Below are positions 1 through 12,535 of a stretch of DNA of 64,000 bases, piece by piece (within the stretch, counting starts at the first letter, position 1; every line of letters starts with the position of its first letter). Made by a program: the position numbers and the translations under genes. The notes under the pieces were generated by a model. It worked only from the letters and a program-made list of their open reading frames with translations. It was not told the origin of the DNA and searched no databases. The stretch is taken from the NCBI RefSeq assembly GCF_006345805.1, contig NC_042997.1:48794001-48858000 (forward strand), in the 5' to 3' direction. The DNA is from Octopus sinensis. Its lineage: Eukaryota.

Positions 1-699
1 ATATATATATATATTATATATATATATATGTGCGTGTGTGTGTGTGCATACATGGGTATGTGTATGTGTTTATGCATATATCTATGTGCGTGTGCGTGCA
101 TATATGCGTATGGGTTTAAGTACGTTAGTATGCGGGCCTATATAATAGTGCATATACACGCGTAAATGCATGTGTGCATGCGTGCCAGTATCAATATACA
201 CTTCTTATTTCTCTCCCTGATTCTTCAGCCCCTACAATCACATTATCCAGTACAATGAAAACCTCCGTCTATTTTAGAAACTTGGCCATTACATTTTATT
301 ATTCTTCCCTTCCTTTTTGAGGTTTACTACTCACTTTATTAACCCCTGTACTATTTTCTATACCCACTCCTCCTCTTTAGTGCCGTTCACACATATCCCC
401 CCACTTGCCACTCCCCACACATTCATTCTTTACTTTTTTTATCTCTCCTTATCCCTTCCCTTCTCCTCTTCCATCCCCCCTCATAATATCTTGACCAGCT
501 ACGAACACTCCTTTTTCATTTTCTCGTCCTCTTTCTTTCTTCTTTCTTCACCTATTCCTTTTGACCATTCTCCTCATTTTAATATACACATCTTTTCCCT
601 CCTCTCTATCTACTTAATACTACTACAACATTCTCAAAATTTCATTCACACCACAAGACTCCTTTGAATGAACAGCACATGGAATCTACGTCTCCGCAC

Positions 700-1040
700 T
701 TTCCATTTGTAATGACAAAATATAAACTCCTATCGGATATTTACATACAATGGATAAGAATCATTTCTACCACTTCTACACACCACTTCCCTTGGCTAAT
801 AGAACTGCAACAATAACATCCTACATATATTTTTATTTTTACTTTTATTCTCTTATTTCCCTTAATACTTCTTATTTCCATCCTTTTCCAAAATAACTCC
901 TATTCTCCTCTATTTAACCATCTTACATCGTCTCTGATGAAGGGATATCTTTAATATTACAGAAATAGCTGTAAGACTAACTTTCTCTCTATAAATGTCC
1001 CCAAAATTGCACGTAGCCTTGGTTTTGTTGCCTTATTTTA
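700..1040 (+). mobile_element. Penelope-like terminal-repeat (pLTR) remnant, same family as 44023-44372
   Basis: Shares the tcctctatttaacc...cgtctctgatgaaggg...gaaa.agctgtaagac...tataaatgtcc block with the reverse strand of 44060-44190 and with 44285-44330; contains a hammerhead motif; ends at an (AC)n/(AT)n tract. Confidence 0.55.
930..977 (+). ncRNA. Degenerate type I hammerhead ribozyme
   Basis: Stem I GTCT(930-933)/AGAC(974-977), core CTGATGA 934-940, GAAA 962-965, palindromic AGCT in stem III, GUA triplet; stems II and III carry mismatches. Confidence 0.65.
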
Positions 1041-1050
1041 TTTAACACAC

Positions 1051-1103
<53 letters not shown>

Positions 1104-1134
1104 ACACACACACACACACACATACACACACACC

Positions 1135-1187
<53 letters not shown>

Positions 1188-1403
1188 ATAATTTCTTGTT
1201 AAGATCCCTTATTAAGAGATTATCCTTAATTGTTAAACTTATTCCGAAATACTTTTCATTACCCGACATGCAGTTCGTAAAAAAGCCCGCCATTTACCGG
1301 ATATATGATTTATAAACATTCCATGTGCTTGGCCGGAGTGAGCAGTTGTCTGTTTGTCTTCGCTACGTAAGGTTGGTAGTTTATTTATGATGTATTCAGA
1401 ATC

Positions 1404-1462
1404 AGTTCTGCTGACGATCATTAGACGTAAAGTTGAATGTGAAATCACGGTGATACAGAACT
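1404..1462 (+). ncRNA. Type I hammerhead ribozyme, 482-bp unit copy 1
   Basis: Stem I AGTTCTG(1404-1410)/CAGAACT(1456-1462); CTGACGA 1411-1417; stem II CATT/AATG with U.U at its base; GAAA 1441-1444; stem III ATCA-CGG-TGAT; AUA triplet, predicted cut after 1455. Confidence 0.85.
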
Positions 1463-1885
1463 AAATTCATTTTTTAAATGTCTTGCTTTGAAAAACTGCA
1501 TTTGGGTATGATTAGTATAATTTTGGTAGTAATGACTTTGTCCCTCCTAGTGTGAGGCATTTATGTGTAATAATGCCCTCTATACAATATAGATATAATT
1601 AATTTGTTCAAAAGAAAAAAATTATTTTCGAATTCTTTTCTTTTACGAGGTTTTCACGCTAGCTACCCGATAATTTCTTGTTAAGATCCCTTATTAAGAG
1701 ATTATCCTTAATTGTTAAACTTATTCCGAAATACTTTTCATTACCCGACATGCAGTTCGTAAAAAAGCCCGCCATTTACCGGATATATGATTTATAAACA
1801 TTCCATGTGCTTGGCCGGAGTGAGCAGTTGTCTGTTTGTCTTCGCTACGTAAGGTTGGTAGTTTATTTATGATGTATTCAGAATC

Positions 1886-1944
1886 AGTTCTGCTGACGAT
1901 CATTAGACGTAAAGTTGAATGTGAAATCACGGTGATACAGAACT
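1886..1944 (+). ncRNA. Type I hammerhead ribozyme, 482-bp unit copy 2
   Basis: Same sequence as 1404-1462 at +482 bp; predicted cut after 1937. Confidence 0.85.
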
Positions 1945-2202
1945 AAATTCATTTTTTAAATGTCTTGCTTTGAAAAACTGCATTTGGGTATGATTAGTAT
2001 AATTTTGGTAGTAATGACTTTGTCCCTCCTAGTGTGAGGCATTTATGTGTAATAATGCCCTCTATACAATATAGATATAATTAATTTGTTCAAAAGAAAA
2101 AAATTATTTTCGAATTCTTTTCTTTTACGAGGTTTTCACGCTAGCTACCCGATAATTTCTTGTTAGATCCCTTATTAAGAGATTATCCTTAATTGTTAAA
2201 CT

Positions 2203-2234
<32 letters not shown>

Positions 2235-2824
2235 AATCTTGTTTAAAAGTTTAAAATTCTAGAAATGAACATGCAAATCTCTCGATATATAATGTTTATT
2301 CCTGACAGTATTCAACAGTCTTCCAATGGATAGAAACCAAAGAGAAGTAATTTCTAAGTAACCGTGAATAAGGAAAAGGAAAATATATAGAAGTTATAGT
2401 AAAATGTAACACTTAAATGGAAAGGGTTCAATAACCTTGCTGTAAGAGGATTATTTGACAAGTTTAATACATGCAAGTTTATCTTGTATATATCAATATA
2501 TCAATATCTGTGCTTCTTGTTCATCTCCAAGACGATTCGTCTTGCCTGGCTTTAGGATATACGGTGTTTTTTTGTTTTTTTGTTTTTCAAATTCTGCGTC
2601 TTTAATACTGTAGCTTAAAAAGAGTTTAACACCACATACGTTTACTATGTGACATTGTTTTTGTTGTTGTTGCTGCGTGTGTGTGTGTATGTATGTATGT
2701 GTGTGTGTGTGAGTTTGTATTTGTGTGATTGTGTAAGCTTTTCTGTTTGCTATGCAATTGGTGCAAATCGGAAGTAAAATTACTCCCTTCGTACTTGAAG
2801 TTAAGGAGATTGAGTTGTGATATA

Positions 2825-3337
2825 TCTATATATATAAAACTGTAGTTGTGTGAGTGTCTGTCCCCTTCGATTTAGATTCCTAACTACTCCTACATTTCGC
2901 GGTGCAGTTTAACCAAATTCGGGTATCTTATAGTCGTGATTCATATCGAGCCCGTCTGGGTATTAGCGCGCGTCTACGATGAGTCTACGATTTTAAAAAT
3001 AATTTAACATCATTTTTTATTCCATTTTAATGCATAATTTTTCGTGTGTCGATGGCGGCGGAGTTGGCGTCCACGCTCACACCTGCACCTGTTTGCTTCT
3101 CCCCATTCTTCCCTCCCTCGTGAAGCTGTGGGGTAGGGAGTGTAATGAAATCAACGTCGTAAAGCGTTGTCAAGGAGACCAGCGTTCTTTTAAAACAACG
3201 ACTTCATGGCTTGAAGACACCAAAACAGAAATGGCTAAGAAAGCCCGAATTGACATCTATAAGGGAAGTAACTCTCTAAAAATGCTTATATAGTTATTTC
3301 CCTTACAAACCCGAGCAACGCCGGGCGATACTGCTAG
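2825..3337 (+). mobile_element. Non-autonomous Helitron
   Basis: A|TC start (TCTATATATATAAAA), 3' hairpin CCCGAGCAACGCCGGG at 3310-3325, CTAG|T end at 3334-3338, no TSD. Confidence 0.8.
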
Positions 3338-4484
3338 TCTAATGATATAATACCAAATAGTAATAGAGATTTTATTCAATATCATACACATTTTCCTTTC
3401 TTTTTTATCGAGTTCGGAGGTGTGTTTGCGAGTGTTTACCCTAAATAAATGCCATGAATTTTTGATTTCTGAGAATTAGAAAACCATACAAAATATGTCA
3501 ATAAAAACGGTGAATTTTACAATATCGTCTAAATTTATATATTTCTGCTCCACTGAAACAACTTAACTTTTGATGCTGGTATCTAATGTATTGTCGATCG
3601 TCACTGACAGGAAAATTCGATATGTATTCTATGATTAATATAACTGTATTACTAAACGTTTACTGATATCAGAATTATGTAAAACCTTAAAATAGTTGAT
3701 TTGTATCAGAATATATACAACCTTAAAATAGCTACTATAACTTGTTGATAATTTGGATATAAGCAATAGTTTATACGTAGATAGATTTTCTTATATAATT
3801 TTCTGTGTGTCTTTGTTAAAGAGGTAAATATTTTTGAAGAACAATATCAGATGATACAAAAATATCTATGAAATTCATGAACAGCACACCGCCTCTCTCT
3901 CACACACACACACATACTTTGCAAATTCTATACTTCGTGCGTTTTTTTTCCTCAGTGCATGTTACTTTGTTTTTGGTTATATATGAGGAAATAATTGTTG
4001 TCCTTTACTTGAGTTAGAAATCTAGTCCAATATTGGTTGGTTTTTAATGAGTGTGGTTAATAAGCTTCTGATGTCATTAAAATTATACTGGAAAATTAGC
4101 CATCATTTATTTTTCAGTTTCGTCTTTCTAACAAGACAATAGCTATTAAATATTATCACTACGGAATATCTTCTTCCTGAAACTCTTGTTGAATAATTAT
4201 CTTCCTTCAGATGTACAATCTTTGTTGTAAGTATTGGCAACTTCATTTTCTTTAATTATTATTTGTACATCGCTCAGCCAGTATTAAATTATCGTAATTT
4301 GCAAAATTTTTCTCTGCAAAATCGTTCGATAAGAGATATAATAGATAGGGTGATGCTAAACAATTTCTCTATTGGGCATAATGTATATAATCACGATGCC
4401 TAGATTGCAAAAATTCTGTGCAAGGCAGGAATAAATCTTACTTTTCCTAACAGCTAAATACAGCATAGATTTTGATGGGGTTAC

Positions 4485-4532
<48 letters not shown>

Positions 4533-4686
4533 CAGCAGCAGTAGTAGTAGTAGTAGTAGTAGCAGCTGCAGCAGTAGTAGTAGTAGCTGCAGCAGTAGTA
4601 GTAGTAGTAGTAGTAGCAGTAGTAGTAGTTGCAGCAGCAGTAGTAGTAGTAGCAGTAGTAGTAGTGGTAGTAGTAGTAGTATTAGT

Positions 4687-4758
<72 letters not shown>

Positions 4759-4770
4759 TGCAGCAGTAGC

Positions 4771-4801
<31 letters not shown>

Positions 4802-4808
4802 ACAGCAG
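4485..4808. repeat. (AGT)n/(AGC)n compound trinucleotide microsatellite
   Basis: Direct reading; source of the poly-L/T/V ORFs. Confidence 0.97.
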
Positions 4809-5639
4809 CACGCTTATAAAAAAATGTGCAGTACCACACAAAATGACAACTGACGAATTTGACGATTTTTTTCCGCTAAGCACATAGTTTAGAAATTGGA
4901 AGAAGAATTCTATTTGTACACTTATACTAAACTTAAAGCAACAAAAATAATTACTTCCGACGTTATTCTATTCGATTTGTTTATTCAAATTTAGCTGTAG
5001 CTAGCAAATAAAATGTATATTGGATTTCTTTTCTAGAAGAATTGAGCACTTCTAAAATAAAGTACGGTAGAAAATTGGTTCAGTAACATTCAGGATTAGA
5101 AGTATGAGCGGCTTCCTTATCTAATTTGAGACATGTGACCACCAAACATCTGTAAACATACACAATCACTTACAAGCTATTAAGTATGCGAAATGTATCG
5201 TACATATAGAAGCAATCGAAATTGAAACAATACAAACTAGAAAATGAGATTTCTTCTCCAAAAATTCAATGTGAATAAAATATAAATAACCTAAATCTGA
5301 ACATATTGATGTTAATATAGGATTTAAAGAATTGTTCAGCAATATGTTTTAATAATGAGAATGAGAAAGAATAATTTGGTTTCGTGCATTCATTTTCATA
5401 TAATTTATCAATATACCATGTAATATATATACTATCATTTTGAAGAATTTCATACTGACTGCCCAAATTTATATTTACCTTATGAAATTTTTATTCACGT
5501 TAATACCAGAGTTATAACTTTTGAGAATATAAATCTATATCTTGGCACAGCACCTAACTGCCCGACTAAAGAGTTATGTCTCTTTGTCAAAGGAACAAAC
5601 TTCGTAACTTTCTCCCTTTGTTTGAATGTGTGAGTGTGC

Positions 5640-6230
5640 ACGCATCTTCTTCTTCTCCCAGTCTGTCGCCAATGAATATGACTAACGTCATTAATCAAAT
5701 TCCTCCAGACAGCGGTTAGCTGGTACCATTTCTCAGTAGTATTAGAAAGATCTTTGAGGTTCTGTTTGACAGTCTTCTTCAATCTCAATTTGAACCTACG
5801 GAAACGTAGCAATGAATTATACATCAGTTTATTGATTTAGGAGTTGCTTTGCATTAAGGAGAGGAACGCACAATTTCCTGAAAGTCAGACAGCCTCTTTA
5901 GATCCCAACAGACAAAATGGAAAAGGCGTTGCTCCGGAGGATGGCGAGGGAGATGAGCTGGAACAACCAGTCTGACTCACAGAGCTCGCACCTGCTGACA
6001 GCCATCTCCGCCCCGAGAGGGTGAGCAGAACTGTGCTATGGGGGTCACGTACGCCGGAGGTCTCCATTGCCACGGGTTCGACCATAATCCTGTGGGAGCC
6101 CTCTGCCAGTTGCATGAACAAGTATTTATTTCGGAGTCAGTTGTCGTCATGTCCGCCAATGTCGTTTGTCGAACGGAGATTTCTCTGCATCAATAGATTT
6201 TGCAAACATTATCTGAGAAATGATTAACTA
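5640..6230 (-). pseudogene. Degenerate RTE-type LINE, RT C-terminal remnant
   Basis: Fragments TDSEINT...TGLWSNPWQ, STVLLTL and KLMYNSLLRFRRFKLRLKKTVKQNLKDLSNTTEKWYQLTAVWRNLIND occur in the order of RTE ORF C-termini (IDDEIN..AFGRL..VW; LLYGEL..GRQKLRFKDTLK..LK..W..A..R..WR); broken by stops and frameshifts. Confidence 0.55.
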
Positions 6231-6583
6231 GATCGAGTAGGTTGACAGATATGTTTATTATATGAAAAGCTGGTTACTCACAACAGGGTAACTTACAAAC
6301 ACTCACACACAAGCAATTGCGTGAAGACACACACATACACACACATTCACGCACACACACAAATACACACATAAACGCACACACACACACACACAAACAA
6401 ACACACACATCCAGGCACACACGCTGATATCTCGAACAACTCGTTAGAAACTATTTAAGTAAAAGTATGACTTTCATAATGAAATTTATGAAATATATAT
6501 GCCAATATATTGTGTTTATGAATGAATGTGTGAGTGCGTATGTATGCGTGTGTCTGTCTGTATGTATATGCATGTGTGTGTGT

Positions 6584-6615
<32 letters not shown>

Positions 6616-7158
6616 TTACGGATGCCATATGCAATGAATTTAAATAAATGTATATTTAGGTTTGCTATGAAAAGAGACACAGTGGATATAAACAAGTTTT
6701 ATTCATCATAAATTCGGCAACTTCAAAAGTGAAGTATTGGGGTGGGGAGCTGTCAATAACAGTTAACACTAATCGGTTCGATCCTCTTTAAAAACTAGTA
6801 TTGTTCCTGTGAGATTTTGGTTATTAATGAGTTGCCATCAAGCCTGTACATTTTGGGAATTTCTTTAACCTTGTAAATATATTGTTTGCATCTCTGCAAA
6901 ATCTGTGCTTCTTAATATCGGCAGCTAGAAGTTCGAGTGAATGGCCTCAGATGATTCTCCATCAAAAGACTAGAGTAGGAAACCTAATTTTCAGCTGCCG
7001 AGGCCGCTGGGAAACTATTCATGGAAACTATTTTCGACGTGAATTTAAATACATGAATTTAAATTAAGTAAATATAGCATTATTACTTACGTGTGTGTGT
7101 GTGTGTTTTGTGTGTGTGTGTTGTGTTTTGTGTGTGTGTGTGTTTTGTGTGTGTGTGT

Positions 7159-7335
7159 ACCCGAGTTGAAAAGTTCCTGGCTTTGGGTAAAACAAAATAC
7201 AGGAGGACCGGTTAATTATTTTATTAGACTCACACACTTATTGCAGCGGCCCTTCAGGTTTTCTAAGTCCTGTGAAAGAACTCGAAAGGTTGGGCCTCTG
7301 ACCAAGCCTTGTGCGGGATCCTTAAAGCCAGGAAC
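7159..7335. mobile_element. Degenerate mariner-like MITE
   Basis: Inverted repeat GTTCCTGGCTTT (7173-7184) / AAAGCCAGGAAC (7324-7335), preceded by TA; right end truncated by the adjacent SINE tail. Confidence 0.5.
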
Positions 7336-7345
7336 AGGGGGATTA

Positions 7346-7467
7346 TTGGCCTGCTCAACTACCCAGCGAGGTGACATCATTTGAAGACTAAAACAATGCA
7401 AAAGTGCATTGTGGCGAGCGATGTGTAATAACATCTGATAGCTTGGTTGGTCACGTGATCACGTGAT
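7346..7467 (+). mobile_element. 3' tail of tRNA-derived SINE (family of 62277-62586)
   Basis: Matches the reverse complement of 62277-62400 (ttggcctgctc...aaaacaatgc...gcgatgtgtaa.aacatctgat...ggtcacg); ends in TCACGTGA repeats. Confidence 0.8.
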
Positions 7468-7521
7468 ATTATATATATATATAATGGATATATATAGTTA
7501 CGTATATATTACATATATATA

Positions 7522-7583
<62 letters not shown>

Positions 7584-7739
7584 GAGTGAGACCTACAAGA
7601 ATACATACATACATAAAATTAGTACAGTTAGTACAGCGTCACGCGATTTATAACTATTGAGATTAATCAGCGGGTGTGTTCGCATTTAGACGTCAGTCGA
7701 GAAAAGACTGTTGCCCTGACCAGAAATATGCATATCAAT

Positions 7740-8330
7740 GGATTGTATGCCTCACGTATCTCCAGAGATACAATATTACAAATATCTCAGGATTTATGAA
7801 AATGTTACATACATTGTAGCTTTATGTAAAGTGAGAGCAACAATATCATTTGTAAGACACAATATAATTTTGCAAGGTATAACTTTCATCATTAGCAGAT
7901 GCTCAGAAATATCTGCAAAAGATTACCTTTTCGTAAGACATGATATTGTTGCTAAAACTATTTACGGTACTATACGCAGATACGATTGTCCTGACAGACA
8001 CACCAAAAGCTCATCAAAACCAGAATATATCAACGCCTTTAACAAAAATGAATGCTGGTGAAATTTTCTAATAAATGCAGAGCAGCAATGCAATGCCAGT
8101 ACAACGACTGACCTGAAAGTGTTGTGATGTGATAGAAGATAAATATTATTCACGGCAATGAAGTTTAGCTTGCTAGCAGATGGGAATAATTCTTCTGAAG
8201 TTATAGAAAAAGAGCGCATCTATGAGGAACTAATGCGTAATGTACAGTTCCTTTATCCAGATTATAGATTCTCGTTTCCAGCCATTCTCATAGAAGCTCT
8301 GGCCTATGAAGCCATAGATTCCCATAGAAG
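7740..8330 (+). pseudogene. Degenerate C-terminus of an RLE-type non-LTR retrotransposon
   Basis: ALCKVR...IISRCSEISAKDYLFVRHDIVAKT (zinc knuckle/RHD region), then KFSLLADGN..EKERIYEEL..PAILIEALAY (RLE tail); stops and frameshifts. Confidence 0.7.
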
Positions 8331-8599
8331 CTCTGGCCTATGAAGCCATAGATTCCCATAAATTGTGGAACTGTAGCTTTCCAAGAAATAATAAATGAAA
8401 TGACGCATATCTTTCGAAACCAAATTATATTTAGTACATTGAGGAATTGCAAAATATTCCTAGAATGAAGGTTTACGCACAATCACAGTGGGAGCAGTGC
8501 ATGCGGGCTCAAACACACACACACACAGACGCACAGATGCGTATATAACCAATTTCCCATTCGATTGCTTTCAGAGGCATGCACATCTACTCATACACT

Positions 8600-8679
<80 letters not shown>

Positions 8680-8683
<4 letters not shown>

Positions 8684-10030
8684 GGTATTTACAAAAAAAG
8701 ACGAAGACGTGTGTGTGAACTAAAAACAGATGCATTCGTTTAACGCTCGGAAAGGGAGAAAATCTTTTACGTTTCGAACCTACGCTATTCAACAGAAAGG
8801 AACACAGAAATAAGCAGAGAGAGGAAATATAAAAGGTTTAGTGGCTAGCGATCAATCATGGCGAATGCCGGACAGAGGTGGTTAGACAGGAGAGCTAGGA
8901 AGAAGGGGAGTTAATAAAGTAGTGGTGATCCCAAAACGAAGACGCATATGCGTGTGTATGTGAGAGCGTGTATGTACGTGTGGATAGGAGCTGGTGACCT
9001 TGATGTGTGCGTGCGTGCATGTGTAGATGTGTGAATGATGATGTGGGTACTAGTAAGTGGTCAGTGCTTGTATGTGCGAGATGGTGTAATGTGGTGTAGT
9101 GTGGTGTGTGTTGTGGTTGTGGGTGGTGTGGTGGTGTGTGGAATGGTGTGGTGGGGAAGGGGGAAAGCAAGGTTAGGGTGTGGCTTGGGGTGAGGGTGGG
9201 GTATGTGGGAGTGTGGTGTGAGGGTGGAGTGGGGGTTGGGTGGATATGGGGGAGTGGAATATGTGAGATGGGATGCATAGCGATGGTGGGGTAGGAATGT
9301 GTAGAAGTGGGGTAACGATGGAGAGGTGACGTTGAAGGGAGAGTGTGAAAGGGAGAAGGTGGGTAGGATTGAAGAGAGGAAGTAGGTGTCAGATGAAGAG
9401 AGAAGAGTAGAGGTAGGTGGGGGTGAAGGGAGAATGTAGGTGTGAGATGAAGAGAGGAGAGAGGAGGGGATTACATAAAGATTGGAGGGGAGTGGAGCCA
9501 ATCTGGCGCAAAAGAGTGAAGAGAGAAGATTAGTTTTTGTTCACGGTGAAGACGAGAGTCCGGATGGCTCCTGTGTGATAACAATCCCAACAGAGACAGG
9601 TGTTGTAAAGGATGACCGGTAGAGCGGAAATGGCGCGAGACCGAGTTTCGTTGCCGAGTCTGATGTCACAAAGGTGTTCCGCGAACCGGTCAGCCAAGCG
9701 GCGTCCGATGTACAGAGAAGGAAAGAGAGAGAGCAGGAGATAAAGTAGATGACGTTGCTAGAAGTGCAGGTGAAGGAGTCAGTGATATGATAGGGTCGAT
9801 GATGGGTACCTGTGAGGATGGTTGTGTTGGGGAGGAAAGGCCGGGTTGTGAGGTTAGATTAGGGAAGAAACTGTGGACCAGGAGCTCACGTAGGTTGTGG
9901 TCTCCTTTAGAGGAGAGGAGGAGAAGATGTGCGAAGTGGAGGGGTCGGACTGGAATCGCCGGAAGGCTCGGACATAACGCGTGCTGGGGAAGGTGACACT
10001 ATTATGAGAGTCTAGAAACCGGTCCAAATA
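8680..10030 (-). mobile_element. Penelope-like element 3' fragment (GIY-YIG endonuclease, 3' UTR and pLTR)
   Basis: Minus strand ~9830-9500 reads FTCTSSNVIYFISCSL..LYIG..RRLADRFAEHL..HREQKLIFSLHSFAP, a PLE GIY-YIG signature; followed by a low-complexity UTR and a hammerhead at 8764-8799. Confidence 0.85.
8764..8799 (-). ncRNA. Degenerate minimal type I hammerhead in PLE pLTR
   Basis: CTTT-CTGTTGA-aTAGCgtagGTTC-GAAA-CGT-A-AAAG: stem I CTTT/AAAG intact, ACGT palindromic stem III, GUA triplet, one core substitution. Confidence 0.65.
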
Positions 10031-10049
10031 CTCGATTATATGCAGAGAG

Positions 10050-10436
10050 AATCCCTATCTGAAAGTTTTCGTTTTCTTCCCGAGTTTTGTCTCGACGAGA
10101 AGGTTTTTCCCTCTTTCTCAAAGGCTGTCATTACTTTCGAGACAGTACTTCTTTCTACACCAAACATTTCGGCTGTTTTCGTTACGCTAGCGCCTGCCAT
10201 AGGAGCACCAACAATTTGACCGCTTTGAAAGTCCGATAGATCTCTCATTTTAATTAATTTTAATTACCTTTCCCAGATGATATCTGAAAAGAAACAGTAA
10301 TTTTAGCAAAACATATAAGCAACACAAATAATAAATAAAAAAACATAAAAATGAACAAGCTTTTGATGGTTTTATAGATATTTCAAATATATGATGCTAT
10401 GAGGCTAGGTTTTTCCATTATTTTGACCAACCCCTG
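10050..10436 (-). mobile_element. Tc1-family transposon 5' fragment
   Basis: TA|CAGGGGTTGGTCAAAATAATGGAAAA TIR ending at 10436; ORF 10036-10248 (MRDLSDFQSGQIVGA..ASVTKTAEMFGV..NSGRKRKLSDRD) is a Tc1 paired-like HTH N-terminus. Confidence 0.9.
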
Positions 10437-10559
10437 TATATTTATACTCAATTATGCATTTATACATTCATGATGGCTATCAAAATGATCATGCATTACA
10501 CTTCCTTACAGTTTCCTTCTAAATGTATTTGCCAACACACCATGGGTTCTCATGAAGAG

Positions 10560-11230
10560 AAATATAATCCTCGTAATGCAAGATTCAACGTGTTCCTTCA
10601 AGCCTCAAACAAAACCTTAACGGTGGATGCAACTGCGTGCGGGCAAGCAGGATCACGATTACCCCTGTCTTATTTACACCTCCTCTGAAACTACATTAGA
10701 GAGTAAACAATGGAAATGGTGGCATTTTATGGTCACAGACACACGTTGTTCTCCGACAGCTGGAACAGATTATTCCTCAGAAATATATACATGTAAATTT
10801 TTCATATCGTTTGGTACATAATTTTCCTCTGACAATAATTAGTAAATCTACACTACCAGTTGATATATTTTTAGATATTCCCTGATATTTAAGCATTTCG
10901 ACTGTACACGTGTTCTGCACGGTTCCAAATGGCTACTATACAATCTTGTCGGCATATGAAATTGTCACAAAGAGTTACTCCCGCAAGGATCTAATCTAGT
11001 TAAGCTCTTCTTGCTCCTGATAAATGTAAAAACAACTTTCTTCTACTGTGTAGTTTTATTTAACACGTTGGAGCACATATGAATGCGGGAAGTCATGTCG
11101 CTGCAGAACAAATCCCGAGAGAATCCTCTGCCTAGACGACTTATGTGAAAACAGATGATCTGTAAATGACGTTGTGGTCCCGTTAGACTCAAGATTTCCT
11201 GCGTTCTTTCGCGTCGTCAAATACAAATAC
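10560..11230 (-). pseudogene. Highly degenerate LINE RT remnant (RTE-like)
   Basis: Frameshifted RQG..LS.DLF-like segment (~11160) followed by ISYADKIV (~10950). Confidence 0.35.
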
Positions 11231-11519
11231 CAAATCTATCATTCGTAGCCAGATAATAAGAAATTCAATTTTTTGGGAAGAGCATACGATACGTTTGCAG
11301 ATGTGTGTAAAGCTTGATCAAGCGGCAGAAGATCTTACATCCGAATGTATTCGAACCTTATAAATATGACTTTACAGAAATATATTTTCTTCAACGCTGC
11401 TTAGTTTGGCTTTATACAATATTTCTATTTTTGAATAGCTATTCTAAATATCTAAATAACTATATAAATAACTACATAAACATGCAGTACTATATTTAAG
11501 AGGTGAGGAATTATGTACA

Positions 11520-11643
11520 GTATTTACATTATTTACATTTGACGATATTTGTTATCTTGTTTTTTGTTAACACATTTCCAGCCTTCATCAGATGTCTTGG
11601 GGAAATTTCGAACCTGGGTTCTCATTCCTAAGGTATTTTTCGA

Positions 11644-11648
<5 letters not shown>
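11520..11648 (-). mobile_element. PLE-type pLTR arm, inverted copy of 12385-12535, with deleted hammerhead
   Basis: Reverse complement reads aataacatcgaaaaatacc...ttcgaaatttcccc.aagaca.ctgatgaaggctgg...gttaacaa...gtaaataatgtaaata, matching 12385-12535. Confidence 0.75.
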
Positions 11649-11697
<49 letters not shown>

Positions 11698-11699
11698 GT

Positions 11700-11759
<60 letters not shown>

Positions 11760-11810
11760 AAGAAGAAGAAGAAGAAGAAAAGAAGAAGAAGAAGAAGAAG
11801 AAAAAGAAGA
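11646..11810. repeat. (TTA)n-(TAA)n-(AAG)n compound microsatellite
   Basis: Direct reading. Confidence 0.95.
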
Positions 11811-11814
11811 TGAA

Positions 11815-12327
11815 AAAAGATGGTATAGGCACACACCAGAAAAGGTCACAGAAAACGAGAAAGCAACCATACTCTGGGATATGCCGATACACACAGATAG
11901 AGAAATTAAGGCCAACAGACCAGATGTAGTTGTCAGAGATCATGAAGAAAAAAAATGCTTTCTAATTGATGTATCAATACCGGCAAATGACAACGTGTCT
12001 CTAAAAGAAATGGAGAAACTCTCAAAATACAAAGACCTGGAAATAGAGGTAACTAGAATGTGGAATCTGAAAACAGAAACAATTCCTATCATAGTAGGTG
12101 CATTAGGCATGATAAAAAAATATTCAGACAAATACATAACAAAAACACCAGGACTTACAAACACATATAACATACAGAAAATTGCACTACTAGGCACTGC
12201 ACACATCCTACGCAGAACACTTTCCATACAATAACCATCAGAGCATCACAACAAATCACAGCACATACCCAGGCGCACGGAGCTGCGCTCGGTAGTGAAG
12301 TGAAAGCACGCTATAAAAATAAAACTA

Positions 12328-12335
<8 letters not shown>
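11815..12335 (+). mobile_element. 5'-truncated R4/Dong-like LINE (RLE domain and 3' UTR)
   Basis: ILWDMPIHTDREIKANRPDVVV..LIDVSIP.D.N..KE.EKLSKYKDLEIEVTRMW..PIIVGALG..ALLGTAHILRR (ORF 11881-12234); the 3' UTR runs into (AAT)n, the known Dong target type. Confidence 0.9.
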
Positions 12336-12366
<31 letters not shown>

Positions 12367-12384
12367 TAATAATGATAATAATAA

Positions 12385-12535
12385 TGATAACATCGAAAAA
12401 TACCTCAGGTTCGAAATTTCCCCCAAGACACCTGATGAAGGCTGGAGAGTATATCAGCCGAGATGGTATGTTAACAACAAGCAAGATGAGGAAAAATATT
12501 CGTCGAATGTAAATAATGTAAATAATGTGAATAAA
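12385..12535 (+). mobile_element. PLE-type pLTR arm with hammerhead motif
   Basis: CTGATGA-aGGCTG-gagagtatat-CAGCC-GAGA at ~12432-12463 (stem II perfect, GAAA mutated). Confidence 0.7.

Larger units (their letters stand above)
1187..2204 (+). repeat. Tandem array, ~2.1 copies of a 482-bp non-coding unit with a hammerhead (retrozyme-like)
   Basis: Units start gataatttcttgtt at 1187, 1669 and 2151; copies near-identical; flanked on both sides by (TA)n. Confidence 0.95.

Noticed and set aside
5841-6227. Plus-strand exon-like frames (ELLCIKERNAQ..., MEKALLRRMARE...)
   Set aside because: Better explained as the antisense of a degenerate RTE ORF on the minus strand.
8289-8360. 34-bp direct repeat x2 (catagaagctctggcctatgaagccatagattcc), superficially CRISPR-like
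   Set aside because: No spacers, eukaryotic context; a local duplication in a dead LINE.
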